A DNA stretch of 60,652 nucleotides from Haplodiscus bocki (Eukaryota): positions 1 to 60,652 of the forward strand of contig CBFHFQ010000478.1 in the NCBI GenBank assembly GCA_965655095.1, read 5' to 3'. A program made the position numbers and the translations under genes. Shown here one piece after another: positions 1-13,632 of the stretch; the stretch's first letter is position 1; the number at the start of each line of letters is the position of its first letter. Under the pieces are notes generated by a model. The model ran no database searches. It saw only the letters and a program-made list of their open reading frames with translations, and was not told the DNA's origin.

Positions 1-64
1 AGAATAAGACACAGCACCAATAAGCCATGGATACGTAGACACAAGAAAGAAGAAGACTACTAAC

Positions 65-1450
65 CAACACCTCATCAAGGGACCATGTCACGTCAACGTT
101 CTTACGGCTGGCAGTCAATGTGAACTGTGACCACAGTTGGTAAACTAGCTCGTAGGGGCCGCCCAGTTGCAACACTTCAATTAGTGACGACACCTTGGCA
201 GGGACTGGCAATGTGGCAACCTGGGACCCAAACTCGTCCTTGGCACAGGGCTACTCTCAATCCCAAACGACCACAGCAACTCGAAGATTGCGCTCTTTTT
301 GACGCTCCAACTCGTTCTCACTGAGGGGGTTTCCCCCAAACTCCAGTTCCCGCCAACCTGGTGTCACCAGTCTCAGTCGCTGGTCACAGGCAAAATGTTT
401 GACACCTTGAAAGTGGCTCAGGACTTCATATGGGCGTGCGTCAACACTGACACGTCTTTGCGGCAGATTCGGCAATAGAAGTGGCAAGGTTTGCCAAACG
501 CTTCCGTAGCTCTAGTGACGAAGAACCGACCCACTTCATCTGCTCCCCACACCTTCCTCAATTTATACGCACGTTTTGATCGCACATGACCACGGGGATG
601 ACTGGTTTGTGATTTGTCTTCGCTGGTGTCACTCATGTCAAGAACTTGTGGACCAGAAGGTGCAACACCCTGTCCCAGATGATGGGGAACAGCATCTAAT
701 TCCCTGAACAGGAGAAAAACAGCGAACAGAGGAAAGCTATGAAAGGTATGAGATACGTAGTAAAAAATTACTCCCCATTAACAGATCCAAAGGATGTGCT
801 CTTTCTTCAGCACAATATGAGCAGCTGATGTCTGCTGGCATTATCTGGAGCAATTGCAAGATCAACTAGAAAATGGTCTGAACAAATTCACGGAAATGAG
901 GAAACCCCAAGGAACCAAATTTAAAGTATCCTCATTTGAACTCAACATTGCCATCTTCAAAATTCTGCTCCAGCAATTTTCTGCTCCGCTCGAGGCTTCC
1001 AGATTCAACTCGGCCTGGCTGTTGACACGATAAAGAAATAAAACGACTTGTAATGACCTCGCGTTTTTGTCTCCTCTCATGCCTCACTTCTGCTTCTGCT
1101 GAAATATCGCCAGCCGCTGAGAAACATGGAACTTCACCAACTGCACCTGTAAAAAAGCAATGTATGACAACTGGTCCCTATTTTGCCAACACGAAGCACG
1201 AAGATCTCAAACTTAACGGAAGTTCCATGGGAGCGCCTGTCGAAGCGCCAACAGCCCCGTTATCGGACGCAGAGCGTCCCATCACAAATTCGGTGCCAGG
1301 ACAGCACGGAACATGACACACTATCTCCTCAGGGCGAATAGCAGGCTCTCTGGAAGAATCAAACGCCAAAACACAATAGCCCCATGATGCCATCTGCATG
1401 AACAGGCGCGCGCTGAACACTAGCTTAGGGAAAATATGAGTGGCCACCAT
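65..1450 (-). pseudogene. Spliced zinc-finger gene remnant resembling the N-terminus of a DNA transposase; continues off the left edge
   Basis: Reads FYCRICRKDVSVLTH..EVLSHFQGVKH (CxxC...H...H) across a frameshift. A GT-AG intron at 704-771 joins the flanking exons in frame (VNGE|ELDAVP), and a further GTTAGT donor starts at 64. In-frame stops are present. Confidence 0.5.
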
Positions 1451-2859
1451 ATTACTCCTACATATAAAAACTTATGGAGTTTGCAGAAAGAAGACTAACA
1501 CAATGGCAAATCAGGAGTTTCGACCACACCCACCAACACAGTCTCTGACCAAAAATAGGCACGTTGCAGAATGTCCGCAAATGTGAATCCTTCTGATGTG
1601 ACTCCTCCCGTCTCATTTCCCACGCTACCCATGATATCCACGCAACTGTCTCCTTCACCTGTTTCCTCGGCTCGACTATCACTTGCTTCAACCGCCTCCA
1701 ACGCTCACCTCACACAATCCTCCCCCCCCCACCGACAACAACATTTGAATCGAGGACAAAATGTGAACTGGGGATCAAACAACTCGGCGAAACATCCTCT
1801 TGAATTGCCAGTTCTCGCTCGTCACTGTCTACGCTCCCAACAAAAGGGGAAGTGTTCCCTACCTCTTCTTCAGTAGAACTCAATATTTCGAAAAATGATT
1901 GACGTGGCTAATGATCTTTTACATGGTGCACTTATATAATCATTCAAAAAAATTATTTACTTTCAATTTTGATTAGATTGTCTGCCAGCAATGACGTCAG
2001 CATGCTTTTTCTTGGACACATTGGGGAACGATACTCAAGTGTTCCTTAAATATGAAAATTCATTTCTTGAGATTTGTCCACATCTCATCAACTTCAACTT
2101 TGCTCCTTACTTCAAGACTTCATCAGAGCTGACCAGCAACGCGAGAACACCAAAAAAATTTCGCTTGATGAAAAGTAAATGTCATTAGTGGCAAAACCAA
2201 TCACTTTTCTGAAGTCAATACATACTAGTCAGCTGCATCATATCCATCATTGAATTCGAAGATGTTTCGACTAATTTCTGCAGAACCCAATGATTCAGAT
2301 TTATTTCATGTGGATCAATAGTCCAATGAATTAAGTCCACCCAGGTCAAACACGCCGATTGTCATCAACTCGACAAAGATGTCAGGCAGAAATACCCAGG
2401 AAATGATAACAATATCATCCATCGCATCGCATCGCCTGGGCTTCAAATTGTTACGATCGACTGATTCGAATGAACCAACGATGCCATTTGGATTTGGACG
2501 GCAGCTACCAATTGTTCCACCAAATCTGAACGATCTGCAGTTGCCTCCAATCCATTTAATATACTGGCAACAATAGGAGTAGCAAATCTTACAACAGAAG
2601 GACATGAAAAAAACTACAGCCCACATTCACCGGAGCCGTCGGAACCGTCACCGATATAGACGCCCCCGATGAACCTCAGCAAAATTGAGTGATGGGAGAC
2701 ACCTCACACGACGGCGGACGAGAATACATTCTACTCCGATGACGATCCCAGAAAATTTTTTTTCTTAAATCCTTCCCCACCGCCGCCACCCCGAAGGATG
2801 AAAAGAAAACTGAGCCTTGGAATGTCCGTCCCGAAGAGAGGGGGGAAGTCGCAGCACCT

Positions 2860-3060
2860 CTGCTACGATTGTGGAAATCTTTCCCTGAGCCGAAGGGAAT
2901 ACCAGTCTCTTCGTCAACAACCTAAAAACTCTAGACTGAAAACTTAATATACATACAGTACACTGTTTCCACTATTTGTATTTTAAATGATACGCAATAG
3001 TGACGTATCAACGCTGTGCACATATATGTAATTCATGTAAATGATACGTAGTGCTTACAT
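2860..3060 (+). repeat. Dispersed repeat end with hairpins, copy 1 (homologous to 16640-16845)
   Basis: Shares ctaaaaactc.agactgaaaactt ... tatttgtatt..aaatgatacg ... cacatatatgtaattcatgtaaa.gatacgtagtg with 16700-16840. Confidence 0.8.
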
Positions 3061-4832
3061 TTTGTCCCATAATACTTATTCCATGATAAAGCACATTTCC
3101 TATAGGTTCAATTCCGGTGGACTGATCCCAATCGGGACGGAAAAAATACGGAACAAACGGATATTCATTTACTTTCCGTACTGCATTTTTAAATTTTTAT
3201 TAGGTGCTATTTTTATCACTAATTCAACTAAATTTTTTTATTTCCACTTTTTCCAATTGACTTGTGCAGTCTTAAAAACCAAGATTGACAGTGTCAACAA
3301 GTTTGCAATTAATATTACAGCTATTATTACAGAGCGTAACTTCAAAAGTGAATATTTGTTCATTATGTGTTCTGTGGCAAACAATGTGGTGACGTCACTA
3401 GATTTTAAGCCAATCCACTGTGCTACCGCGCCGTGTCATTTTGGACGGACAGGAACGGTTACGTAGCCACCCATTTCAATCTCCTCAGTAGCACCTCAGT
3501 ATTCGTTCTGGAATGCTTCGGCCAAAATGAGGAACGGGCCAGGGAAAAGCCTAGTTTTGTTCCCAGCAGTGGATTTAATAGTTGCAAAGAGTAAACAAAT
3601 GTACACATGAACTTTATCCATCAATTATATACCTCACTTCATTTATGTTTTCTATTTTTTGCTGCATTTTCAAACTTTGATTTTTTTTCACGATTTTCAT
3701 TTTCACGATTCATTGTAAGTTTGAACGGTGTATCCCTTTGACTGTGCGTTGCATGATCGACGGTGATTGGTGCAATTAGACCAAAAGGTCGCAAATTTGT
3801 GGCAAAACTATGTGCGGTTTTTTTTTAATGTCACGAGAGGTTATGGTCTATCTTATCACATCAAAAAAATTTTTTCATTGTGTTTTATTATACCTACGAC
3901 AGTTCAAACAAATTCTCACAGAGTAATTTTTGTTTTGACTTTTCATCGAATTAACGATTTCTTTTCGGCACAAGCGAGTTTTGAGAAACACTGAAGCTTT
4001 TGGACCACCATATCTCTAAAGTGTCGAGCAACGTTGTTGGAATCCTCGCAAATAATTCTGCTCCATGTTATTTATCGGAGAAATCCAAGTGATTGTACAT
4101 ATGAAACACTTCTCTGACCGCTTTGGTTTCTGGGTTTTTGATTTCATTTTCTCGAGCAGTCTTTCATATTTTGTAATTCTAATAACTTGAGGACCACTTT
4201 ACTCCGTAAACAGGCCATGTAAGTTGAGGAATTGTCACCTTCTAAAAGGAACCTGGTGTCCCAGTAAATCTGCGAAGCCTGCAGACATATAAACCTAATA
4301 AAGGAAAGATTTTCCCGGATTCTGAAAAGAAATATTGAAATGAATTTTAACAAACAAAAGACTTCAATTTTTTTTACACTTCACCTCTCAAGTCAATATT
4401 CCGTAAATATACGAAACATCGTACTAGACTGATCCAGACTGGTACGGAACCGTTACAGAACGAACATATATTTACCTAGTACTTACTCTAGGGTTGAACA
4501 ATTGTTCCATACGCGTTCCTTCGCTACTATTCTAGCGACGTCACATCTGAATCATTCAAATTATTAGAGTGCTATTACGCTGTGCTGATATAGCCGATTA
4601 CGGAACAGTTCCATATTCACTTCTTTTTGCCCCATAGCAACGCTGCAACTAGCAGTCCTACAAGAGAATGCGAAACCCTTCCGGAACGCATTGGCTGAAA
4701 TGAGGAACTAACTTGTAGAAATGATGAATAGACTAGTAAAATTCCTAGTTCCGGCGTAGTTCTACCTCGAAACTTTCGCAGTGGGCTAAAATGTATCGTT
4801 CCCGTATTCGAGAATGAAAATTTAGACCATTT

Positions 4833-5941
4833 ATCGCCTCTATTTTTAATATACGATAATTAAGTGACGATATACTTTAATAGTTTTCCAACTGAAGGAA
4901 ACCTTTTGTTCTATTGTTTTTATTATTATTTATTGTGTCGGTGCGGAAAAAAACATTCTCATGTCCCATTTTGATGGATTAGGCCCGTACATTTTCGATG
5001 GAAAGATGGAAGATACGCAGCCTAAGAGGGAAGAAGAGGATGAAAAGTTGTTTATTTGCCGCCAGAGACGGCAGTTTTCCTTTATAGATGATATGAATAA
5101 AGTAATTTTCCTTAGTTCTTCCTTGAATTGGCGTTTAAACATTTATGTTTCCCATCAAGGAAAAGATAAAAATAGGAGAAACGAAAATACTAATTTAGAA
5201 GACCAGTCATACTGTTAATATCATCAGTTAACTTTACCATTTGCGACTAGGTGTTTCTTTTAAAGAGTCTTATTTCGTTTTATTGTCCCAAGTTGACTGA
5301 CAAATTCAAAATAAAGCACTGTTTTTCACCACTCATCAGCAGTTTTTCCTCTAAAAGATTGCAACATTCAGAAAAAAGAGAATATTGGCAGCTGTTGCTA
5401 GAAAAGCCCAAGAGGAACATCCTAGGAAGGGCCAGTTACGAAAAACGTTCGCTCCCTGAAGTAACGAGGATTACAAAATCCAGTTCTCAGAGGAGATAGA
5501 AGGCCGAGCTAATAAAAAAATTGTCCGAGGAATATAGCAGAACAGGGAGCTGCAATTTGGGTGCTCCGCTTAAACTAGATGACTTTCTCCATAACCCACA
5601 AGTACGGACGCAACACGGAACCGTTCCGGGAACATTCCGGAACACAGACATGGGAAACCAGGAACCATACGAGGATTGTTCCCAGAAAGATCATCAACCT
5701 GAAGTAGGGTCATCTGTCTATCCCCCCCCCCGAGTTAGTCGAATTAGACCCAGACGAGGCTCCTTACACCTGGCTCAACAAAAAATCCAGAGAACGGAAA
5801 TCTGAACTATCTATTTCTAGAACCAAGCCTTCAAAATTAACAGACACAGAAAATTGGAAATGATCGATGCGTGTCAGCTTGCAGATTCGTCGCTATAGAA
5901 GAAATGGCGCAGTTATTGCGTTTTTGTTCGGTGAGACAGTA
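4833..5941 (+). repeat. ~1.1 kb repeat, copy 1 (inverted relative to 16860-17973)
   Basis: Colinear reverse-complement match along its length. Both copies encode LDDFxxNPQxRxQxGTVPGTxxNTD (ORFs 5521-5805 + and 17067-17270 -). Confidence 0.9.
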
Positions 5942-8500
5942 GGGTACATGACTCCGCCTCTAAGCTTCTATGGGATTCTCCTGGGTTTATTAGAGTGATT
6001 TACAGGATGATGAGGTATAAATCATTCCATGGGAGGCACCGTATCTTTTTGGGTTTGCTCAAGGTTGATTTTGTACCCCAGATGCAAATCATTCTGAGCA
6101 ATTCCAGAGAACTTGCTTTTCAGATCTGGATTCTAACATAAAAAGCACCCTGAAATTGCGGTTGTGCAGGTTGGCATAGTTTTTCATCAGGAGTGTCATT
6201 GAATCTTTCGCACAGAAGTTACTGACTTAAAAGGGCTCTTGGGAGAAGATAGATGCTTGGTAAAAACAAAAATCTGGAAAAATCTTGTCAGAATCCAATC
6301 AGGGAAATTTTCAAACTCCAACTGACTCCAGATTGCTTTAATATTTTCTTTCTGCGGCCACTATAGAATGATGATCTACACTTTCTGGAAAATGATTATA
6401 TAAAAGATTTATCTGAAAAGAGCTTGGTATGCATAGTACCAAAGAATCAATTCCACATTGGGGTAACAATAGAAACGTGATTCCAAAATGTTAAGATGCG
6501 GAGATTTTTGTCGAAAAAAATGGATATCAACCAAACCCGATCAAATACGCAATCGTTCTATTACATATGCTGGGTCTTACAAATAGAATGAATAGCTTCG
6601 TTTGTGTCAACCTTGTGAACAGTTTTGGCCACTTTTGGTTCTGACTTTCTACAAATTATTGGAAGCTCTGTTTTCCAAACGGTATATAGAATCTCTTAGA
6701 TTAGTCTTTTGAAGTTCAATAGATAGCACAGGTAGAAGGCAAAGAGCGCTAGAGCTCGGAGCTTCCAGATATTTGTGAAAAAAACTTCATCACCCTTAAA
6801 GATGATTTTTCATACCTGTTATTGATGATTGCTCCCGAAATATTCCTTGTTGCCCACATTTTCAAAAACTACTGTCTTTTTCTGATGCCTCAACTGGGGG
6901 CGGGACCTCGTTACTCATTCTATTGATGGCAGCTGAAAACATTTTAGATGAAAAAAACTTTTCACCTGTGTAGCAGACTGCCGATAGAGCTATTGCAACT
7001 GGGCTTTTGACTGTTTTTATCAGTTGTATCTTTGCAGAGAGACCGTTCAATGTTATGGAAAAAGAAACTAAGGTGTGACACAGATTGTATTTTTGTTCCT
7101 TCGGACGGTATTTTGACTTTGAGAGAACAATGGTTTCGCCTTAACAGTCAAAACATGGATCTGCAACAGTGCGCAATGTTGTTCGCTGAATGTCAGTGTC
7201 AGAGCTTTATGAGTTGACTGCGAAGTCTGTGGGTGCTTGTCCGCTAAGGTTTTGTGAAGTAAATTTTTTAACTGAATAGTTGCGTTTTTTTTCTTTTCCT
7301 GAAATTGTCCAGACGAGCAGAGCTCGATGCAACCTCATTGCCTTGCCTTATATAATTTGCGGCATCCTCGTGGTTAGAGCGGACAAGTAGCGATGTCGAA
7401 TCCCCATATAAAAGTTATCCATTTACGTTGAAGCAATTTCATCAACATTTTTACAGTGAGAAGTAGGTTTTTCTGGTTAAGTTCAACTTGATCAGTTTGA
7501 TTCGATTGATCAGTTAGATTTTATTTTCTTCTAGTTGCACCAATAAAATAAACAATTCTTCTTTTTTTCAGAGTTTTAGCAGAAAGTTTCGAAAAAATCG
7601 AGCAAACTTTTCAGAGTAAATATCCTTGATTTTCAAAAAAAAAGATCTCAAAGCCCCCGGTGGACCATCCCCTATCAAAATTTCAGTAGATAATTTCCCC
7701 AATTCAGAAAAGTTTTTGATAGATGCTTTAATTATTTCCATTCTAGCGGCAGACTTCTGTTGGGCTGAAAAAAACAAAGATCAAATAGAGGTGATACTTC
7801 TATTCCAGGTGAGCAATAAATTCTGCGAAGAAAATCATCTTAGAGAGTCGAGGTAAACATGACGAAGAATGTGGGGAAGATGGGTTGAGTTGTGCAAACC
7901 AATCTTGCCTTTTTAGCAGGCTACTTTCATTTCAACTGACGTGGAATACATTTCCTGTTAACTGTCAACATGGCCAGTGTTTTTTTCATTTTTGAGATTT
8001 TTTCGGCCATGTCGTTTCAGCTTCCGATTTTTTTTGGATTTCTAGAGATGTGTGTGTCATGAACCTCGTGTTGAGCGCCGGCGGAAGTGTTTTCAGGAGC
8101 GACGTTTTTTTGGTCTGATTCAATTCTTAGAGACCCGAGCTGATCTAGACTGACTATTTCCTGTCACAGGGTAACCTCGGCGCTCATATCAATTACATTG
8201 CCATGAAGTGAGTTCTTTGACAGGGAACTCGGGGCTTTCAAAATTTTATTCTCAGTTCTTCGGTTTTCGTCTTTATTTTGCCGGTCGATTTTGTTGTCAA
8301 TTTGTTGGGTTGTTTATGATCTTTGTTCTTCGGTGAGGTTGTTTTTCTCTGTATGCAGCCTCTGGAAGCACTAGTGCTAGTACTCGGTGAATTATCTCAG
8401 TCTTGAGCGCTTCTCTGACGCATTTTAATTTTAGAAGCTCTAGTTGGAATTGACTCAAAAGAATTGAAAGTTAACAGTTTATTACAACTTTAACTTTCAA
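5942..8500 (-). mobile_element. Decayed Penelope-like retroelement (RT plus GIY-YIG endonuclease), 3' end truncated
   Basis: GMIY...GESHRSL GIY-YIG-like motif at 5961-6028. RT-like fragments LIGDGPPGALRSFFLK (~7650), NCFNVNG...GKAM (~7335-7440) and KYRPKE (~7110). Heavily frameshifted. Confidence 0.55.
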
Positions 8501-11483
8501 CGATAACAAGTGTAAATGATTATTTTTCACCTTTCTTGGCAGTTAGCTCCCCTTTTTTATTAGTTATTACTATTTTGACAAATCGTAAAACAGCATTTGT
8601 TCAGAACCTTTTTTTACGTCAGTACTCGCACCTACTTGCGATTTCATACTGCGCGTCCTTTCAGTGTTGACCTGCCTGAAAAAAATTGGGAAAAAACTTT
8701 CAACTTTCCCGGGTTTCTGGAAAAAGACCGAGAAATTATAGACAAAAAGACGCCAATACTGACGCCAACAACGATAAATACTGCGCCAATTCTGGTGTTC
8801 CAAACAATTAATAAGGAATGGTAATTAACCGTAAGTAAATGTAAATTGCTCTTAATGTGTATTTGAAAGCGCATAAATGGCTATCTAGGTCAAATTTCTC
8901 ACAGATTATTTCTGAAATTGGAAATTTGATTTACACTCCAAGTTCACAGCAGATGACCAATTTAGACTGTGGATGCGTATGTAGCGTCCGAAATGTTTCA
9001 TATCACAAATATTAAAGTTACATACTTCGAATTAAGTTTATTTTAGTTTCATTCATTTACCGTCCGAATAATGGTGGGTTGTAATATTTGTGTGCAAATT
9101 AAACTTTTACGTAGTTTGAATCTGCATTACAATGACCTTATTTAGATCATGATACATTTTTTGATGAGCATTCTATCAGTTTCTAGTCTTGTTTTCGTTT
9201 TTCTTTCTCCCCAATTTTCCCTGGCGCTTGTTGGGCACCACAAATCGTTTTTTCTGCTTTTTTTGTTTGATAGTTTTGTAAGTTGTGTCCTGACAATGTT
9301 CAGACAAGTCTGGGGCGCAAATTTGCGCTTCAGATTAAGATCTGCATCCGGGATGTCTGAGACATGCCTGATATTTTAAAAAGAAAGCAACTGATTGGTG
9401 TTCTGAGTTTTCTAAATATCGTTTTTTTTCCTGGGAAGGTTTTTTTATGCGCTTTCCACAATCGTCGCAGATGTTTTTCTCATTCTGAGACAGTACAGCT
9501 CCAGGGTTGCTTGATGATGGAGTGATAAAAGTGCGGTAGCTACCGAAGCTGTGACAACGGATGCTTGTTGGCAAGACGTTCTCGCACCGTATTTTAGGGG
9601 AATGGTAACTCCGTCAAAGCTTTTGAGCAATACACAAAGGAGTTTCCCTCGTGAAAATAGTCGTTATGCAAATTTTCTGATTTGGATTTCGGAAAATTGA
9701 AAGTTCAGGCCACCTTTTTGCTTAGCACTCAGTATTGGAAACCGGATAAACATGGCTCATTTTCGAAGCCAGAGAAGCAGATAATTTTCCTGGTTCACAA
9801 TTTGCAGAGGAATTGTTTTTGAAGTAAAGGCTACTGGCTTTTACATTTGAGATCAGGGGATGAAATCGTCATACCGAGGTCTCGCATGGAAAAGTGAGCC
9901 AACTTTTGGCAACCAAAAAAGACTGCTCTGAAATGGTTTTTTGACGCTAGCGCACAGACAACCTCAAATTTAAAAACGAATCTAAATTGGGTCGATCTTG
10001 GATGTGCAACGATGATCGGGCAGCTTGCCGGTGTGAAACGTTGAAGAATTTTAGTTCCTCCACTTCGGTTTCTTCCCAGCTTCACATAGAAGGCTTTTTC
10101 TGACAATTTGACACAAGTACTACATCCAGCAATCGCTATTTGCAACAACAACCACTTCAAATATTGATTTGAGGCACAAATTGATCCCAATTTCATCAAC
10201 TCCAAGTGTCTTTTTTTCGGCCGCAGTCAGTTGTTTCTGATTGTTCCTAGTTTATTCACCATTTCTAGACCTTTCTTCTGTTGAAGAACATTGAAGCTGC
10301 TCTGTTATGTCACTCCACTTACATTTACAGCATTTAGCCAGTCATATAAGTTCATTGCGTTGAAGGCTAGATGTAATTGTCTGCTTCTTGATAGACAATT
10401 CCAATCGTGATTTTCTTTCCAAATAGATTTCTTTTAAAACGTAGGATGTAATGAGAGTGTTCTTTTACTCCCATGACATTTTCAAACATGCGTCGCCACT
10501 ATCAGTGGCTTTTTTGATCCAGGTACTCAACTCCTCAACTCAGCCATTCTTTTCTTTGAATTTTTTTTAATTTCAATGCCAGTAACACCAAGTGATGGTC
10601 TTTCGCTGCTACAATGATCTCCAGGGCTTTACTTAGGATCATAAAATCTTTACCACATGTAGCTCCACTTTCACCTAATGAGTCTGTTTTTTTGCGGTGT
10701 CAGTTATATTCTTCTAAACCAATATCAATTTTTCTCTAATCATGCCCTCGCTGCCTCAATAAAACCCTCTTTGAACTGAAAGATACAGATACCAGAACAA
10801 ACTCGATAGGAGAGGTTTATACGTGGCAAGTCAGCATTTTATATTATGTTTTTTTTCAGCAGGCTCTTATTTGTCTTGTGCTTCTGAAAAGAACAAATTG
10901 TGAGGAAATGATTTTGCTTTGGAGTAAAAGCACTAAATCAGTTATCGAGAGAGAAGATTGATGAAAGGTATATAATGGCAGTTGGGTTGGCCAGGGACAT
11001 CAACAACTGTTCTCAACCTTATCGATACTGTCGCGCGTTCAGGGGTTTGTAGTTAAATCTACTTATCAATCAAATTTACCTTTGTTCGCTTTACCTAATA
11101 ATGCTAAGCAGCGTGTGCGGCCATACGTCTACGTTATCGTGTAAGAAAATCTCAAAAGCTTACACTGTTATTAGTTTTGTAAATTTGCCTTGCTAAGCCG
11201 CGCGGACAAAGCTGCGTAAGTTCTACTAGCAAGGAATTGGTGAGCATAGAAAGAGTACAAAATAGGAGACGAAATATTTGGTGAATATACGGAAATTCCA
11301 GTCAGTCTTACAAATAGAAATGTGCATAAGATAGGATAAAAGATTGGTCGATTGAGATTATTAAGGGTGAAAAGTGAGCCATCCATTTTATTTAAATCTA
11401 GCAGCAATCTTTCCAGTTGAACCTCGGGAATTATTACATAACTTTATTAATTTCATCTATCATTCATATAATTTATTTTAGAA

Positions 11484-11983
11484 ATGGCCGCTAACAATGG
11501 TTCTTTTCAGTCTCCCCTTTAAATGACAAAGTATTCAATAATCCGAGATTGGGGATTGAAATTCCTTTAGGTCTCCCAGAGCACCTACTTCAGCAAGAAA
11601 TGACACCATCACCGGTAGCTCCCGAAGAAATTACCGATAACTTTGGTCTTCATTATAAAGTGGACGTCGAAACGATTAATGACTGGGCCACAATTACCCA
11701 CCATCTGAAAGGGAGCATCGAATTTATTGTTCAGGAGTCAAAAATTACAGGTGACTTTAAGCAGTTTCTGATAATATTGTATAATTCCAACTGCGAAAAA
11801 AGGGTTCTGGGTTATCAGACCATGATAATCGAACGATTATATGCAGTGATTACTGGATATGGTAAGCTGACTTCTCGTATGAAGCGCGCTTGGTTAAATC
11901 AGTTCGACTCTCGGAGTCCAAGTCAGCTTCGGGCTCAAATAAAAAGGCTCACCGAGTCTGGAGGCTTCTTAGAGATAGAATAA
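11484..11983 (+). pseudogene. Orphan ORF of ~165 aa with one frameshift near the start
   Basis: ATG GCC at 11484 joins the 144-aa open frame (11549-11983) after a 1-nt shift. No recognised motif. Confidence 0.4.
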
Positions 11984-13574
11984 GTCTTCGGGTGTCGCAG
12001 TAGGTGGCGTGGGATTAACTTGTGTCACATTTATTTTACGTTTCTGTGACAGTGCTGCGTTAAAGTAAGATGAAAAATTCACAATATTAAAAACTCCCAA
12101 AGAAACTTTATCACAAAGTAAGTAGAGATTAAATTCATCTAAAAGCTATACAAATGAGGATAATAATCGGTATTGTTAACTGACAAATTTTTCCAAAGAA
12201 ATTGTAAATTTGCATCAAATATAAAGACTAAGTTGAGGCAATGATTTTTTAGCTCTTTCTGGTTAGGACGAATGATTACATTATTTTTTTCTAACATAGA
12301 CTTTGCCCTATGTTTTTGAATAATTTTCTGTCTTACATTGTCTTATCCAGTTCATTTTTATCTAAGACTCTGGTAACATGCCAAAATATTAGTCGACCGA
12401 GTCAAGCCTCTTAGGTCCCAGTTAGGTCCAAACCAACAGTTAAACCTGATATAATTACCGGACGGGATATCAGATTTTATCCAACACGCTGGTAACATGC
12501 CAAAAAATCAGTCGACTGAACCAAGTTTCTTGAGTCCTCTTTTTTTTCAAGCGTGAACCACTGACGAGGAGTTTACATGCATTTTACTTTTAGGAATGAA
12601 AAGTTCCTTTAGCCGATTATTAAAACCCTAGAAACCGGCTTGACCATAGCAACTGCCCAACAGGTCTTAATTTTCCCGTCCTTCCAACCGTGAAAAAAAT
12701 TTCTGTTATTATTGGAGGGGCCAATTTTTTTTTAGTTTTTTTTCTACTGCTCAGATATGGCTCACTGTAAGAGACAATGTGGTGATTTTCTCTTAGTCCC
12801 TTTTTCAACTCAAACGCGGCAGTTCCTTCGCGATTTGTCGAGATGGATTTCTTAGAGGAAACTGACTAGTGAGAATACCTCTAAAAGATCAGAGCAAAAT
12901 CACCACTTACGAATACCGAAGTTGAGTAAGGTTAAATGTAGGTTGACTACAGGATGACGCTCCGTTGGATAGTCCTGGATTGGTTTGGAAATAAGTGCAA
13001 AAGACACGGTTTCTGCGTATTTAAGCCGCAACTAGGAACTTGAAAAGAGTTCTAAGTTACCATGGCCGCAGACGAGATGAGATTTTGTCTTTGTAATGCC
13101 AATTACATCTCTTTCGAGGAACTTTGTTTTCGTTGTGCAGTATAAGATTCACTCTCGCTTCAGAAACGAAGTTCATCCACGGAATCCACAAACGCTAATA
13201 CCGAAGCTAGAGTTAGTGGACACTGTTTAGACTCCAGTGGCAAGAGTATGGATTCGGTGAGCAAAGAGATGGAATTTTTGGCAGAGACAGATTCTAAAAA
13301 TGTCGTAGAATAATGTCAATAAGATGCAATTGGAATTAGGCGAAGACATAGTTTGAAAAAGTCTTGGAAGAATTCCGATAAGATTCACTTGAAATTTGGG
13401 AAAGACATAATTAGAAAACGTCTTAGAATATTTTCGCTTGTCCAAAGGAAGAAAAGAATTGGTAAAGTAAGAAAAAAAGTGAAGAGAAGTTCGAAGTCAA
13501 GAGTAAAAGAGTTTCGCCTCGGGTAATTATTCAAATGAACGGGAGCGAACAAATGAAAAATGCAGCTGTGCGCT

Positions 13575-13632
13575 GGGTTTTTATACCCCAATTGGTCACG
13601 TGACCAGGTCACGTGATTGATCATGTTGATCA
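13575..13632 (-). promoter_or_regulatory. Promoter-like cluster: tandem GTCACGTGA E-boxes plus TATAAAA on the minus strand
   Basis: Perfect palindrome TGGTCACGTGACCA at 13593-13606, a second GGTCACGTGA at 13607-13616, and minus-strand TATAAAA at 13578-13584. Confidence 0.35.

Noticed and set aside
5325-5345. CTGATGAGTGGTGAAA (minus strand) as a hammerhead core
   Set aside because: No proper stem II, and the second copy near 17471 lacks GAAA.
5213-5768. TG...CA segment as a solo LTR inside the 1.1-kb repeat
   Set aside because: No target-site duplication in either copy.
9445-9630. Tyrosine recombinase C-terminal motif
   Set aside because: Only a vague H...Y spacing; the catalytic residues could not be placed.
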